Origin: Nemertoderma westbladi
Lineage: Eukaryota; Animalia; Xenacoelomorpha
Assembly (NCBI GenBank): GCA_032718475.1
Contig: JAUCBJ010003593.1
Coordinates: forward strand, 3,207-67,206
Direction: 5' to 3'
DNA length: 64,000 nucleotides
The position numbers and the translations under genes were made by a program. The notes under the pieces are model-generated. The model did no database searches. It saw nothing but the letters and a program-made list of their open reading frames with translations, and had not been told where the DNA came from. Positions within the stretch are counted from its first letter, which is position 1. Every line of letters begins with the position of its first letter. Shown here in pieces: positions 12,860 through 25,900 of this stretch.

Positions 12860-13095
12860 AGAAACAGTTATCATAGTACGTAGTCAACCACAATTATGAA
12901 GGGGAAAGGAAAAGAGGGCGCGTTTCACCTTGAAGGACAACCCATTACACTTCAATTTTTTCTGTATCTCTGATTATTGGAGAGACAACTATTATGGAAC
13001 CATCATACAGTGATTTGATCGCAGTAATTATCTCATCAGGGATCCCATTGGCCTCGACTATCTTAAACATGCAAGGGTGGGAGACACAGTCATCG
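12860..13095 (-). mobile_element. Old RTE-like reverse transcriptase fragment
   Basis: Minus strand reads DCVSHPCMFKIVEANGIPDEIITAIKSLYDGS...VLQGE, homologous to the RT at 36300-36480. Confidence 0.7.
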
Positions 13096-13677
13096 TGACT
13101 GGTACTATCGATATACATAGGCCCACACTAGAGCGGTATACCCATAATTATAGTTAGTCAAGTTAGGGTATAGATTTCCAGAGAATTTCGGATCTTCGTC
13201 TTGGGATGATAAAAAACCGATGCTTGTTGCCTTTGCCCCCTTCGAACTTTGTCTTCAATAATGTGCAGTGACTGCCGGTCGGTGAAGGCCCCACGCACCC
13301 AAGACGAAGAACATAATCGGATGAAGGGCTGATAAGGCCCCTGATGACCATTTAGGACCTTCAACTCACTTGGACTTTCGCAAAATGTGGATCTTCGATC
13401 CGATACCGCGCCCCTGGTGATGATTATTATTAGTCTTAGAATAACACATAAAAACACAATACAGGAAAGCGAATTGTGATGCAGTACTGAGTTCAACATG
13501 GAACTATCCAATACCCATCAAATAAAATGGACATAGACTAAAGATTCAATAAATTGCATTTCATAAAAACTGATTCCAACAATTTTATTAATTTTCGAAG
13601 CACCAGAGTACTCTGCAAATAGAAATCGTTAAAGGCGAATAAAAAAATTATGCAAGTATAAAATGAACAAATCTTAC

Positions 13678-13853
13678 CGAGCTATCAACACAGTTGCCAT
13701 TCTCATCTTCAACCATATTGACTGGACAAATACAGATAGGCGTGTCGTCGGAGCATTCCCAAGGCCAACATTCATCCTCTCTGATCTCCTCGCATGTGAG
13801 TGGACAGACAGCCAACGTATCGGAATTACATAAAATCTTAGGATAGTCGCATT
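13678..13853 (-). CDS. Exon 13: TIL domain (ECDYPKILCNSDTLAVCPLTCEEIREDECWPWECSDDTPICICPVNMVEDENGNCVDSS)
   Basis: Acceptor TTGCAG, donor GTAAGA, phase 1-0; CPxTC...CxCP......GxCV pattern. Confidence 0.93.
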
Positions 13854-13957
13854 CTGCAAGATTATATATATTATGTAAATTAATAATAGTAATAATTGTA
13901 AGTGATTCAATTCGAAACACCGATGTAGGCCCCAAATCTACAAGTTAATGAGATTGC

Positions 13958-16900
13958 ATGGATGGTGTACCTGGTGGAGATGGTGTTCCTGGTGGGGATG
14001 GTGTTCCTGGTGGAGATGGTGTTCCTGGTGGGGATGGTGTTCCTGGTGGAGATGGTGTTCCCGGTGGAGATGGTGTTCCTGGTGGAGATGGTGTTCCTGG
14101 TGGGGATGGTGTTCCTGGTGGAGATGGTGTTCCTGGTGGGGATGGTGTTCCTGGTGGGGATGGTGTACCTGGTGGTGATGGTGTTCCTGGTGGGGATGGT
14201 GTTCCTGGTGGGCTAGGTGTTCCCGGTGGAGATGGTGTTCCTGGTGGGGATGGTGTTCCTGGTGGAGATGGTGTTCCTGGTGGAGATGGTGTTCCTGGTG
14301 GGGATGGTGTTCCTGGTGGAGATGGTGTTCCTGGTGGAGATGGTGTTCCTGGTGGTGATGGTGTACCTGGTGGGGATGGTGTTCCTGGTGGGGATGGTGT
14401 ACCTGGTGGGCTAGGTGTTCCTGGTGGAGATGGTGTTCCTGGTGGGGATGGTGTTCCTGGTGGAGATGGTGTTCCTGGTGGGGATGGTGTTCCTGGTGGA
14501 GATGGTGTTCCTGGTGGGGATGGTGTTCCCGGTGGAGATGGTGTTCCCGGTGGGGATGGTGTTCCTGGTGGAGATGGTGTTCCTGGTGGGGATGGTGTAC
14601 CTGGTGGAGATGGTGTTCCTGGTGGGGATGGTGTACCTGGTGGGCTAGGTGTTCCTGGTGGAGATGGTGTTCCTGGTGGAGATGGTGTTCCTGGTGGGGA
14701 TGGTGTACCTGGTGGAGATGGTGTTCCTGGTGGGGATGGGGTTCCTGGTGGAGATGGTGTTCCTGGTGGAGATGGTGTTCCTGGTGGAGATGGTGTTCCT
14801 GGTGGGGATGGTGTTCCTGGTGGGGATGGTGTTCCTGGTGGGGATGGTGTTCCTGGTGGTGATGGTGTTCCTGGTGGGGATGGTGTTCCTGGTGGGGATG
14901 GTGTACCTGGTGGGCTAGGTGTTCCTGGTGGAGATGGTGTTCCTGGTGGGGATGGTGTACCTGGTGGAGATGGTGTTCCTGGTGGAGAGGGTGTTCCTGG
15001 TGGGGATGGTGTTCCTGGTGGAGATGGTGTTCCTGGTGGAGATGGTGTTCCTGGTGGAGATGGTGTTCCTGGTGGGGATGGGGTTCCTGGTGGAGATGGT
15101 GTTCCTGGTGGGGATGGTGTTCCTGGTGGAGATGGTGTTCCTGGTGGGGATGGTGTTCCTGGTGGGGATGGTGTTCCTGGTGGAGATGGTGTTCCTGGTG
15201 GTGATGGTGTTCCTGGTGGGGATGGTGTTCCTGGTGGAGACGGTGTTCCTGGTGGGGATGGTGTTCCTGGTGGGGATGGTGTTCCTGGTGGAGATGGTGT
15301 TCCTGGTGGAGATGGTGTTCCTGGTGGAGATGGTGTTCCTGGTGGGGATGGGGTTCCTGGTGGAGATGGTGTTCCTGGTGGGGATGGTGTACCTGGTGGA
15401 GATGGTGTCCCTGGTGGGGATGGTGTTCCTGGTGGAGATGGTGTTCCTGGTGGGGATGGTGTTCCTGGTGGGGATGGTGTTCCTGGTGGGGATGGTGTAC
15501 CTGGTGGAGATGGTGTTCCTGGTGGGGATGGTGTACCTGGTGGAGAGGGTGTTCCTGGTGGGGATGGTGTACCTGGTGGAGAGGGTGTTCCTGGTGGGGA
15601 TGGTGTTCCTGGTGGAGATGGTGTTCCTGGTGGAGATGGTGTTCCTGGTGGAGATGGTGTTCCTGGTGGGGATGGGGTTCCTGGTGGAGATGGTGTTCCT
15701 GGTGGGGATGGTGTTCCTGGTGGAGATGGTGTTCCTGGTGGGGATGGTGTTCCTGGTGGGGATGGTGTTCCTGGTGGAGATGGTGTTCCTGGTGGGGATG
15801 GTGTTCCTGGTGGAGATGGGGTTCCTGGTGGGGATGGTGTACCTGGTGGAGATGGTGTTCCTGGTGGTGATGGTGTTCCTGGTGGGGATGGTGTTCCTGG
15901 TGGAGATGGTGTTCCTGGTGGAGATGGTGTTCCTGGTGGAGATGGTGTTCCTGGTGGGGATGGGGTTCCTGGTGGAGATGGTGTTCCTGGTGGGGATGGT
16001 GTACCTGGTGGAGATGGTGTTCCTGGTGGTGATGGTGTTCCTGGTGGGGATGGTGTTCCTGGTGGAGATGGTGTTCCTGGTGGAGATGGTGTTCCTGGTG
16101 GGGATGGTGTTCCTGGTGGAGATGGTGTTCCTGGTGGAGATGGTGTTCCTGGTGGAGATGGTGTTCCTGGTGGGGATGGGGTTCCTGGTGGAGATGGGGT
16201 TCCTGGTGGGGATGGTGTACCTGGTGGAGATGGTGTTCCTGGTGGGGATGGTGTACCTGGTGGAGATGGTGTTCCTGGTGGGGATGGTGTTCCTGGTGGG
16301 GATGGTGTTCCTGGTGGGGATGGTGTTCCTGGTGGAGATGGTGTTCCTGGTGGGGATGGTGTTCCTGGTGGGGATGGTGTACCTGGTGGGGATGGTGTTC
16401 CTGGTGGGGATGGTGTTCCTGGTGGAGATGGTGTTCCTGGTGGAGATGGTGTTCCTGGTGGGGATGGTGTACCTGGTGGGGATGGTGTTCCTGGTGGGGA
16501 TGGTGTTCCTGGTGGAGATGGTGTTCCTGGTGGAGATGGTGTTCCTGGTGGGGATGGTGTACCTGGTGGAGAGGGTGTTCCTGGTGGGGATGGTGTTCCT
16601 GGTGGAGATGGTGTTCCTGGTGGAGATGGTGTTCCTGGTGGAGATGGTGTTCCTGGTGGGGATGGGGTTCCTGGTGGAGATGGTGTTCCTGGTGGGGATG
16701 GTGTTCCTGGTGGAGATGGTGTTCCTGGTGGGGATGGTGTTCCTGGTGGGGATGGTGTTCCTGGTGGGGATGGTGTTCCTGGTGGAGATGGTGTTCCTGG
16801 TGGAGATGGTGTTCCTGGTGGAGATGGTGTTCCTGGTGGGGATGGGGTTCCTGGTGGAGATGGTGTTCCTTGTGGGGATGGTGTTCCTGGTGGAGATGGT

Positions 16901-19900
16901 GTTCCTGGTGGGGATGGTGTACCTGGTGGAGATGGTGTTCCTGGTGGGGATGGGGTTCCTGGTGGAGATGGTGTTCCTGGTGGGGATGGTGTTCCTGGTG
17001 GAGATGGTGTTCCTGGTGGGGATGGGGTTCCTGGTGGGGATGGTGTACCTGGTGGTGATGGTGTTCCTGGTGGAGATGGTGTTCCTGGTGGGGATGGTGT
17101 ACCTGGTGGAGATGGTGTTCCTGGTGGGGATGGTGTTCCTGGTGGAGATGGTGTTCCTGGTGGAGATGGTGTTCCTGGTGGAGATGGTGTTCCTGGTGGG
17201 GATGGTGTTCCTGGTGGAGATGGTGTTCCTGGTGGGGATGGTGTTCCTGGTGGAGATGGTGTTCCTGGTGGGGATGGTGTTCCTGGTGGGGATGGTGTTC
17301 CTGGTGGGGATGGTGTTCCTGGTGGAGATGGTGTTCCTGGTGGGGATGGTGTTCCTGGTGGGGATGGTGTTCCTGGTGGGGATGGGGTTCCTGGTGGAGA
17401 TGGTGTTCCTGGTGGGGATGGTGTTCCTGGTGGAGATGGTGTTCCTGGTGGGGATGGTGTACCTGGTGGAGATGGTGTTCCTGGTGGGAGATGGTGTTCC
17501 TGGTGGGGATGGTGTTCCTGGTGGAGATGGTGTTCCTGGTGGGGATGGTGTTCCTGGTGGGGATGGTGTACCTGGTGGTGATGGTGTTCCTGGTGGGGAT
17601 GGTGTTCCTGGTGGGGATGGTGTTCCCGGTGGAGATGGTGTTCCTGGTGGGGATGGTGTTCCTGGTGGAGATGGTGTTCCTGGTGGGGATGGTGTACCTG
17701 GTGGAGATGGTGTTCCTGGTGGGGATGGTGTACCTGGTGGGCTAGGTGTTCCTGGTGGAGATGGTGTTCCTGGTGGGGATGGTGTTCCTGGTGGAGATGG
17801 TGTTCCTGGTGGGGATGGTGTACCTGGTGGGCTGGTGTTCCTGGTGGAGATGGTGTTCCTGGTGGGGATGGTGTTCCTGGTGGAGATGGTGTTCCTGGTG
17901 GGGATGGTGTACCTGGTGGAGATGGTGTTCCTGGTGGAGATGGTGTTCCTGGTGGGGATGGTGTTCCTGGTGGAGATGGTGTTCCTGGTGGGGATGGTGT
18001 TCCTGGTGGGGATGGTGTTCCTGGTGGAGATGGTGTTCCTGGTGGGGATGGTGTTCCTGGTGGAGATGGTGTTCCTGGTGGGGATGGTGTTCCTGGTGGG
18101 GATGGTGTTCCTGGTGGAGATGGTGTTCCTGGTGGGGATGGTGTTCCTGGTGGGGATGGTGTTCCTGGTGGGGATGGGGTTCCTGGTGGAGATGGTGTTC
18201 CTGGTGGAGATGGTGTTCCTGGTGGGGATGGTGTACCTGGTGGAGATGGTGTTCCTGGTGGGGATGGTGTTCCTGGTGGGGATGGTGTACCTGGTGGAGA
18301 TGGTGTTCCTGGTGGGGATGGTGTACCTGGTGGGCTAGGTGTTCCTGGTGGAGATGGTGTTCCTGGTGGGGATGGTGTTCCTGGTGGAGATGGTGTTCCT
18401 GGTGGGGATGGTGTTCCTGGTGGGGATGGTGTTCCTGGTGGAGATGGTGTTCCTGGTGGGGATGGTGTTCCTGGTGGGGATGGTGTACCTGGTGGTGATG
18501 GTGTTCCTGGTGGGGATGGTGTTCCTGGTGGAGATGGTGTTCCTGGTGGGGATGGTGTACCTGGTGGGCTAGGTGTTCCTGGTGGTGATGGTGTTCCTGG
18601 TGGGGACGGTGTTCCTGGTGGAGATGGTGTTCCTGGTGGGGATGGTGTACCTGGTGGAGATGGTGTTCCTGGTGGGGATGGTGTTCCTGGTGGAGATGGT
18701 GTTCCTGGTGGAGATGGTGTTCCTGGTGGAGATGGTGTTCCTGGTGGGGATGGTGTTCCTGGTGGAGATGGTGTTCCTGGTGGGGATGGTGTTCCTGGTG
18801 GAGATGGTGTTCCTGGTGGGGATGGTGTTCCTGGTGGGGATGGTGTTCCTGGTGGGGATGGTGTTCCTGGTGGAGATGGTGTTCCTGGTGGGGATGGTGT
18901 TCCTGGTGGGGATGGTGTTCCTGGTGGGGATGGGGTTCCTGGTGGAGATGGTGTTCCTGGTGGGGATGGTGTTCCTGGTGGAGATGGTGTTCCTGGTGGG
19001 GATGGTGTACCTGGTGGAGATGGTGTTCCGGGTGGGGATGGTGTACCTGGTGGGCTAGGTGATCCTGGTGGAGATGGTGTTCCTGGTGGGGATGGTGTTC
19101 CTGGTGGAGATGGTGTTCCTGGTGGGGATGGTGTACCTGGTGGGGATGGGGTTCCTGGTGGAGATGGTGTTCCTGGTGGGGATGGTGTTCCTGGTGGAGA
19201 TGGTGTTCCTGGGGGAGATGGTGTTCCTGGTGGAGATGGTGTTCCTGGTGGAGATGGTGTTCCTGGTGGGGACGGTGTTCCTGGTGGAGATGGTGTTCCT
19301 GGTGGGGATGGTGTTCCTGGTGGAGATGGTGTTCCTGGTGGAGATGGTGTTCCTGGTGGAGATGGTGTTCCTGGTGGGGATGGTGTTCCTGGTGGAGATG
19401 GTGTTCCTGGTGGGGATGGTGTTCCTGGTGGAGATGGTGTTCCTGGTGGGGATGGTGTTCCTGGTGGGGATGGTGTACCTGGTGGGGATGGTGTTCCTGG
19501 TGGAGATGGTGTTCCTGGTGGAGATGGTGTTCCTGGTGGGGATGGTGTTCCCGGTGGAGATGGTGTTCCTGGTGGGGATGGTGTTCCTGGTGGAGATGGT
19601 GTTCCTGGTGGAGATGGTGTTCCTGGTGGAGATGGTGTTCCTGGTGGAGATGGTGTTCCTGGTGGGGATGGTGTACCTGGTGGAGATGGTGTTCCTGGTG
19701 GGGATGGTGTACCTGGTGGGGATGGTGTTCCTGGTGGGGATGGTGTTCCTGGTGGGTATGGTGTACCTGGTGGAGATGGTGTTCCTGGTGGGGATGGTGT
19801 TCCCGGTGGAGATGGTGTTCCTGGTGGGGATGGTGTTCCTGGTGGAGATGGTGTTCCTGGTGGGGATGGTGTACCTGGTGGGGATGGTGTTCCTGGTGGA

Positions 19901-22900
19901 GATGGTGTACCTGGTGGAGATGGTGTTCCTGGTGGGGATGGTGTACCTGGTGGAGATGGTGTTCCTGGTGGGGATGGTGTTCCTGGTGGAGATGGTGTTC
20001 CTGGTGGGGATGGTGTTCCTGGTGGGGATGGTGTACCTGGTGGTGATGGTGTTCCTGGTGGGGATGGTGTTCCTGGTGGAGATGGTGTTCCTGGTGGGGA
20101 TGGTGTTCCTGGTGGGGATGGTGTTCCTGGTGGGGATGGTGTTCCTGGTGGGGATGGTGTTCCTGGTGGGGATGGTGTTCCTGGTGGAGATGGTGTTCCT
20201 GGTGGAGATGGTGTTCCTGGTGGGGATGGTGTTCCTGGTGGAGATGGTGTTCCTGGTGGGGATGGTGTTCCTGGTGGGGATGGTGTTCCTGGTGGAGATG
20301 GTGTTCCTGGTGGGGATGGTGTTCCCGGTGGAGATGGTGTTCCTGGTGGGGATGGTGTTCCTGGTGGAGATGGTGTTCCTGGTGGGGATGGTGTTCCCGG
20401 TGGAGATGGTGTTCCTGGTGGGGATGGTGTTCCTGGTGGAGATGGTGTTCCTGGTGGGGATGGTGTACCTGGTGGGGATGGTGTTCCTGGTGGAGATGGT
20501 GTACCTGGTGGAGATGGTGTTCCTGGTGGGGATGGTGTACCTGGTGGAGATGGTGTTCCTGGTGGGGATGGTGTTCCTGGTGGGGATGGTGTTCCCGGTG
20601 GAGATGGTGTTCCTGGTGGGGATGGTGTACCTGGTGGGGATGGTGTTCCTGGTGGAGATGGTGTACCTGGTGGAGATGGTGTTCCTGGTGGGGATGGTGT
20701 ACCTGGTGGAGATGGTGTTCCTGGTGGGGATGGTGTTCCTGGTGGAGATGGTGTTCCTGGTGGGGATGGTGTTCCTGGTGGGATGGTGTACCTGGTGGTG
20801 ATGGTGTTCCTGGTGGGGATGGTGTTCCTGGTGGAGATGGTGTTCCTGGTGGGGATGGTGTTCCTGGTGGGGATGGTGTTCCTGGTGGGGATGGTGTTCC
20901 TGGTGGGGATGGTGTTCCTGGTGGGGATGGTGTTCCGGTGGAGATGGTGTTCCTGGTGGAGATGGTGTTCCTGGTGGGGATGGTGTTCCTGGTGGAGATG
21001 GTGTTCCTGGTGGGGATGGTGTTCCTGGTGGGGATGGTGTACCTGGTGGAGATGGTGTTCCTGGTGGGGACGGTGTTCCTGGTGGGGATGGTGTTCCTGG
21101 TGGGGATGGTGTACCTGGTGGAGATGGTGTTCCTGGTGGGGACGGTGTTCCTGGTGGGGATGGTGTTCCTGGTGGGGATGGTGTTCCTGGTGGGATGGTG
21201 TTCCTGGTGGGGATGGTGTTCCTGGTGGGGATGGTGTACCTGGTGGAGATGGTGTACCTGGTGGAGATGGTGTTCCTGGTGGGGATGGTGTACCTGGTGG
21301 AGATGGTGTTCCTGGTGGGGATGGTGTTCCCGGTGGAGATGGTGTTCCTGGTGGGGATGGTGTTCCTGGTGGGGATGGTGTTCCCGGTGGAGATGGTGTT
21401 CCTGGTGGGGATGGTGTTCCTGGTGGAGATGGTGTTCCTGGTGGGGATGGTGTACCTGGTGGGGATGGTGTTCCTGGTGGAGATGGTGTACCTGGTGGAG
21501 ATGGTGTTCCTGGTGGGGATGGTGTTCCCGGTGGAGATGGTGTTCCTGGTGGGGATGGTGTTCCTGGTGGAGATGGTGTTCCTGGTGGGGATGGTGTACC
21601 TGGTGGGGATGGTGTTCCTGGTGGAGATGGTGTACCTGGTGGAGATGGTGTTCCTGGTGGGGATGGTGTACCTGGTGGAGATGGTGTTCCTGGTGGGGAT
21701 GGTGTTCCTGGTGGAGATGGTGTTCCTGGTGGGGATGGTGTTCCTGGTGGGGATGGTGTACCTGGTGGTGATGGTGTTCCTGGTGGGGATGGTGTTCCTG
21801 GTGGAGATGGTGTTCCTGGTGGGGATGGTGTTCCTGGTGGGGATGGTGTTCCTGGTGGGGATGGTGTTCCTGGTGGGATGGTGTTCCTGGTGGAGATGGT
21901 GTTCCTGGTGGGGATGGTGTTCCTGGTGGAGATGGTGTTCCTGGTGGGGATGGTGTTCCTGGTGGAGATGGTGTTCCTGGTGGGGATGGTGTCCTGGTGG
22001 GGATGGTGTTCCTGGTGGAGATGGTGTTCCTGGTGGGGATGGTGTACCTGGTGGAGATGGTGTTCCTGGTGGGGATGGTGTTCCTGGTGGAGATGGTGTT
22101 CCTGGTGGGGATGGTGTACCTGGTGGGATGGTGTTCCTGGTGGGGATGGTGTACCTGGTGGGGATGGTGTTCCTGGTGGAGATGGTGTTCCTGGTGGGGA
22201 TGGTGTTCCTGGTGGAGATGGTGTTCCTGGTGGGGATGGTGTTCCTGGTGGAGATGGTGTTCCTGGTGGGGATGGTGTTCCTGGTGGGGATGGTGTACCT
22301 GGTGGGGATGGTGTTCCTGGTGGAGATGGTGTTCCTGGTGGGGATGGTGTTCCTGGTGGAGATGGTGTTCCTGGTGGGGATGGTGTTCCTGGTGGAGATG
22401 GTGTTCCTGGTGGGGATGGTGTACCTGGTGGGGATGGTGTTCCTGGTGGGGATGGTGTTCCTGGTGGGGATGGTGTTCCTGGTGGGGATGGTGTTCCTGG
22501 TGGAGATGGTGTTCCTGGTGGAGATGGTGTTCCTGGTGGGGATGGTGTACCTGGTGGAGATGGTGTTCCTGGTGGGGATGGTGTTCCCGGTGGAGATGGT
22601 GTTCCTGGTGGGGATGGTGTTCCTGGTGGAGATGGTGTTCCTGGTGGGGATGGTGTTCCTGGTGGGGATGGTGTTCCTGGTGGTGATGGTGTTCCTGGTG
22701 GAGATGGTGTTCCTGGTGGAGATGGTGTTCCTGGTGGGGATGGTGTACCTGGTGGAGATGGTGTTCCTGGTGGGGATGGTGTTCCTGGTGGGGATGGTGT
22801 TCCTGGTGGGGATGGTGTTCCTGGTGGAGATGGTGTTCCTGGTGGGGATGGTGTTCCTGGTGGAGATGGTGTTCCTGGTGGGGATGGTGTTCCTGGTGGA

Positions 22901-25900
22901 GATGGTGTTCCTGGTGGGGATGGTGTTCCTGGTGGAGATGGTGTTCCTGGTGGGGATGGTGTACCTGGTGGGGATGGTGTTCCTGGTGGGGATGGTGTTC
23001 CTGGTGGGGATGGTGTTCCTGGTGGAGATGGTGTTCCTGGTGGAGATGGTGTTCCTGGTGGGGATGGTGTACCTGGTGGAGATGGTGTTCCTGGTGGGGA
23101 TGGTGTTCCCGGTGGAGATGGTGTTCCTGGTGGGGATGGTGTTCCTGGTGGAGATGGTGTTCCTGGTGGGGATGGTGTTCCCGGTGGAGATGGTGTTCCT
23201 GGTGGGGATGGTGTTCCTGGTGGAGATGGTGTTCCTGGTGGGGATGGTGTACCTGGTGGAGATGGTGTACCTGGTGGAGATGGTGTTCCTGGTGGGGATG
23301 GTGTACCTGGTGGAGATGGTGTTCCTGGTGGGGATGGTGTACCTGGTGGGGATGGTGTTCCTGGTGGGGATGGTGTTCCTGGTGGAGATGGTGTTCCTGG
23401 TGGAGATGGTGTTCCTGGTGGTGATGGTGTACCTGGTGGGGATGGTGTTCCTGGTGGGGATGGTGTACCTGGTGGGCTAGGTGTTCCTGGTGGAGATGGT
23501 GTTCCTGGTGGGGATGGTGTTCCTGGTGGAGATGGTGTTCCTGGTGGGGATGGTGTACCTGGTGGAGATGGTGTTCCTGGTGGGGATGGTGTTCCTGGTG
23601 GAGATGGTGTTCCTGGTGGAGATGGTGTTCCTGGTGGGGATGGGGTTCCTGGTGGAGATGGTGTTCCTGGTGGGGATGGTGTTCCTGGTGGAGATGGTGT
23701 TCCTGGTGGAGATGGTGTTCCTGGTGGGGATGGTGTTCCTGGTGGAGATGGTGTTCCTGGTGGGGATGGTGTACCTGGTAGAGATGGTGTTCCTGGTGGG
23801 GATGGTGTCCCTGGTGGAGATGGTGTTCCTGGTGGGGATGGTGTTCCTGGTGGAGATGGTGTTCCTGGTGGGGATGGTGTTCCTGGTGGAGATGGTGTTC
23901 CTGGTGGGGATGGTGTACCTGGTGGGGATGGTGTTCCTGGTGGAGATGGTGTTCCTGGGGGAGATGGTGTTCCTGGTGGGGACGGTGCTCCTGGTGGTGA
24001 TGGTGTTCCTGGTGGAGATGGTGTTCCTGGTGGGGATGGTGTTCCTGGTGGGGATGGTGTTCCTGGTGGGGATGGTGTACCTGGTGGGGATGGTGTTCCT
24101 GGTGGGGATGGTGTACCTGGTGGAGATGGTGTTCCTGGTGGGGATGGTGTACCTGGTGGAGATGGTGTTCCTGGTGGGGATGGTGTACCTGGTGGAGATG
24201 GTGTACCTGGTGGGGATGGTGTTCCTGGTGGAGATGGTGTTCCTGGTGGGGATGGTGTTCCTGGTGGGGATGGTGTTCCTGGTGGAGATGGTGTTCCTGG
24301 TGGGGATGGTGTTCCTGGTGGAGATGGTGTTCCTGGTGGGGATGGTGTTCCTGGTGGAGATGGTGTTCCTGGTGGGGATGGTGTACCTGGTGGGGATGGT
24401 GTTCCTGGTGGGGATGGTGTACCTGGTGGAGATGGTGTTCCTGGTGGGGATGGTGTACCTGGTGGAGATGGTGTTCCTGGTGGGGATGGTGTTCCTGGTG
24501 GAGATGTTGTTCCTGGTGGAGATGGTGTTCCTGGTGGTGATGGTGTACCTGGTGGGGATGGTGTTCCTGGTGGTGATGGTGTACCTGGTGGTGATGGTGT
24601 ACCTGGTGGGGATGGTGTTCCTGGTGGGGATGGTGTACCTGGTGGGGATGGTGTTCCTGGTGGAGATGGTGTTCCTGGTGGGGATGGTGTTCCTGGTGGA
24701 GATGGTGTTCCTGGTGGGGATGGTGTTCCTGGTGGAGATGGTGTTCCTGGTGGGGATGGTGTACCTGGTGGAGATGGTGTTCCTGGTGGGGACGGTGTTC
24801 CTGGTGGGGATGGTGTTCCTGGTGGGGATGGTGTTCCTGGTGGAGATGGTGTTCCTGGTGGGGATGGTGTACCTGGTGGAGATGGTGTTCCTGGTGGGGA
24901 TGGTGTTCCTGGTGGGGATGGTGTTCCTGGTGGGGATGGTGTACCTGGTGGAGATGGTGTTCCTGGTGGGGATGGTGTTCCTGGTGGAGATGGTGTTCCT
25001 GGTGGGGATGGTGTACCTGGTGGGGATGGTGTACCTGGTGGGGATGGTGTTCCTGGTGGGGATGGTGTTCCCGGTGGAGATGGTGTTCCTGGTGGAGATG
25101 GTGTTCCTGGTGGAGATGGTGTTCCTGGTGGTGATGGTGTACCTGGTGGGGATGGTGTTCCTGGTGGGGATGGTGTACCTGGTGGGCTAGGTGTTCCTGG
25201 TGGAGATGGTGTTCCTGGTGGGGATGGTGTTCCTGGTGGAGATGGTGTTCCTGGTGGGGATGGTGTACCTGGTGGAGATGGTGTTCCTGGTGGGGATGGT
25301 GTTCCTGGTGGAGATGGTGTTCCTGGTGGAGATGGTGTTCCTGGTGGGGATGGGGTTCCTGGTGGAGATGGTGTTCCTGGTGGGGATGGTGTTCCTGGTG
25401 GAGATGGTGTTCCTGGTGGAGATGGTGTTCCTGGTGGGGATGGTGTTCCTGGTGGAGATGGTGTTCCTGGTGTTCCTGGTGGTGATGGTGTACCTGGTGG
25501 GGATGGTGTTCCTGGTGGTGATGGTGTACCTGGTGGTGATGGTGTACCTGGTGGTGATGGTGTACCTGGTGGGGATGGTGTTCCTGGTGGGGATGGTGTA
25601 CCTGGTGGGGATGGGGTTCCTGGTGGAGATGGTGTTCCTGGTGGGGATGGTGTTCCTGGTGGAGATGGTGTTCCTGGTGGAGATGGTGTTCCTGGTGGGG
25701 ATGGTGTACCTGGTGGGGATGGGGTTCCTGGTGGAGATGGTGTTCCTGGTGGGGATGGTGTTCCTGGTGGAGATGGTGTTCCTGGTGGGGATGGTGTTCC
25801 TGGTGGAGATGGTGTTCCTGGTGTTCCTGGTGGGGATGGTGTTCCTGGTGGTGATGGTGTACCTGGTGGTGATGGTGTACCTGGTGGGGATGGTGTTCCT

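Noticed and set aside
13150-13430. GC-richer intronic island containing CTGATGA
   Set aside because: No GAAA box or recognisable protein motif; probably an unclassified repeat that I cannot assign from the sequence alone.
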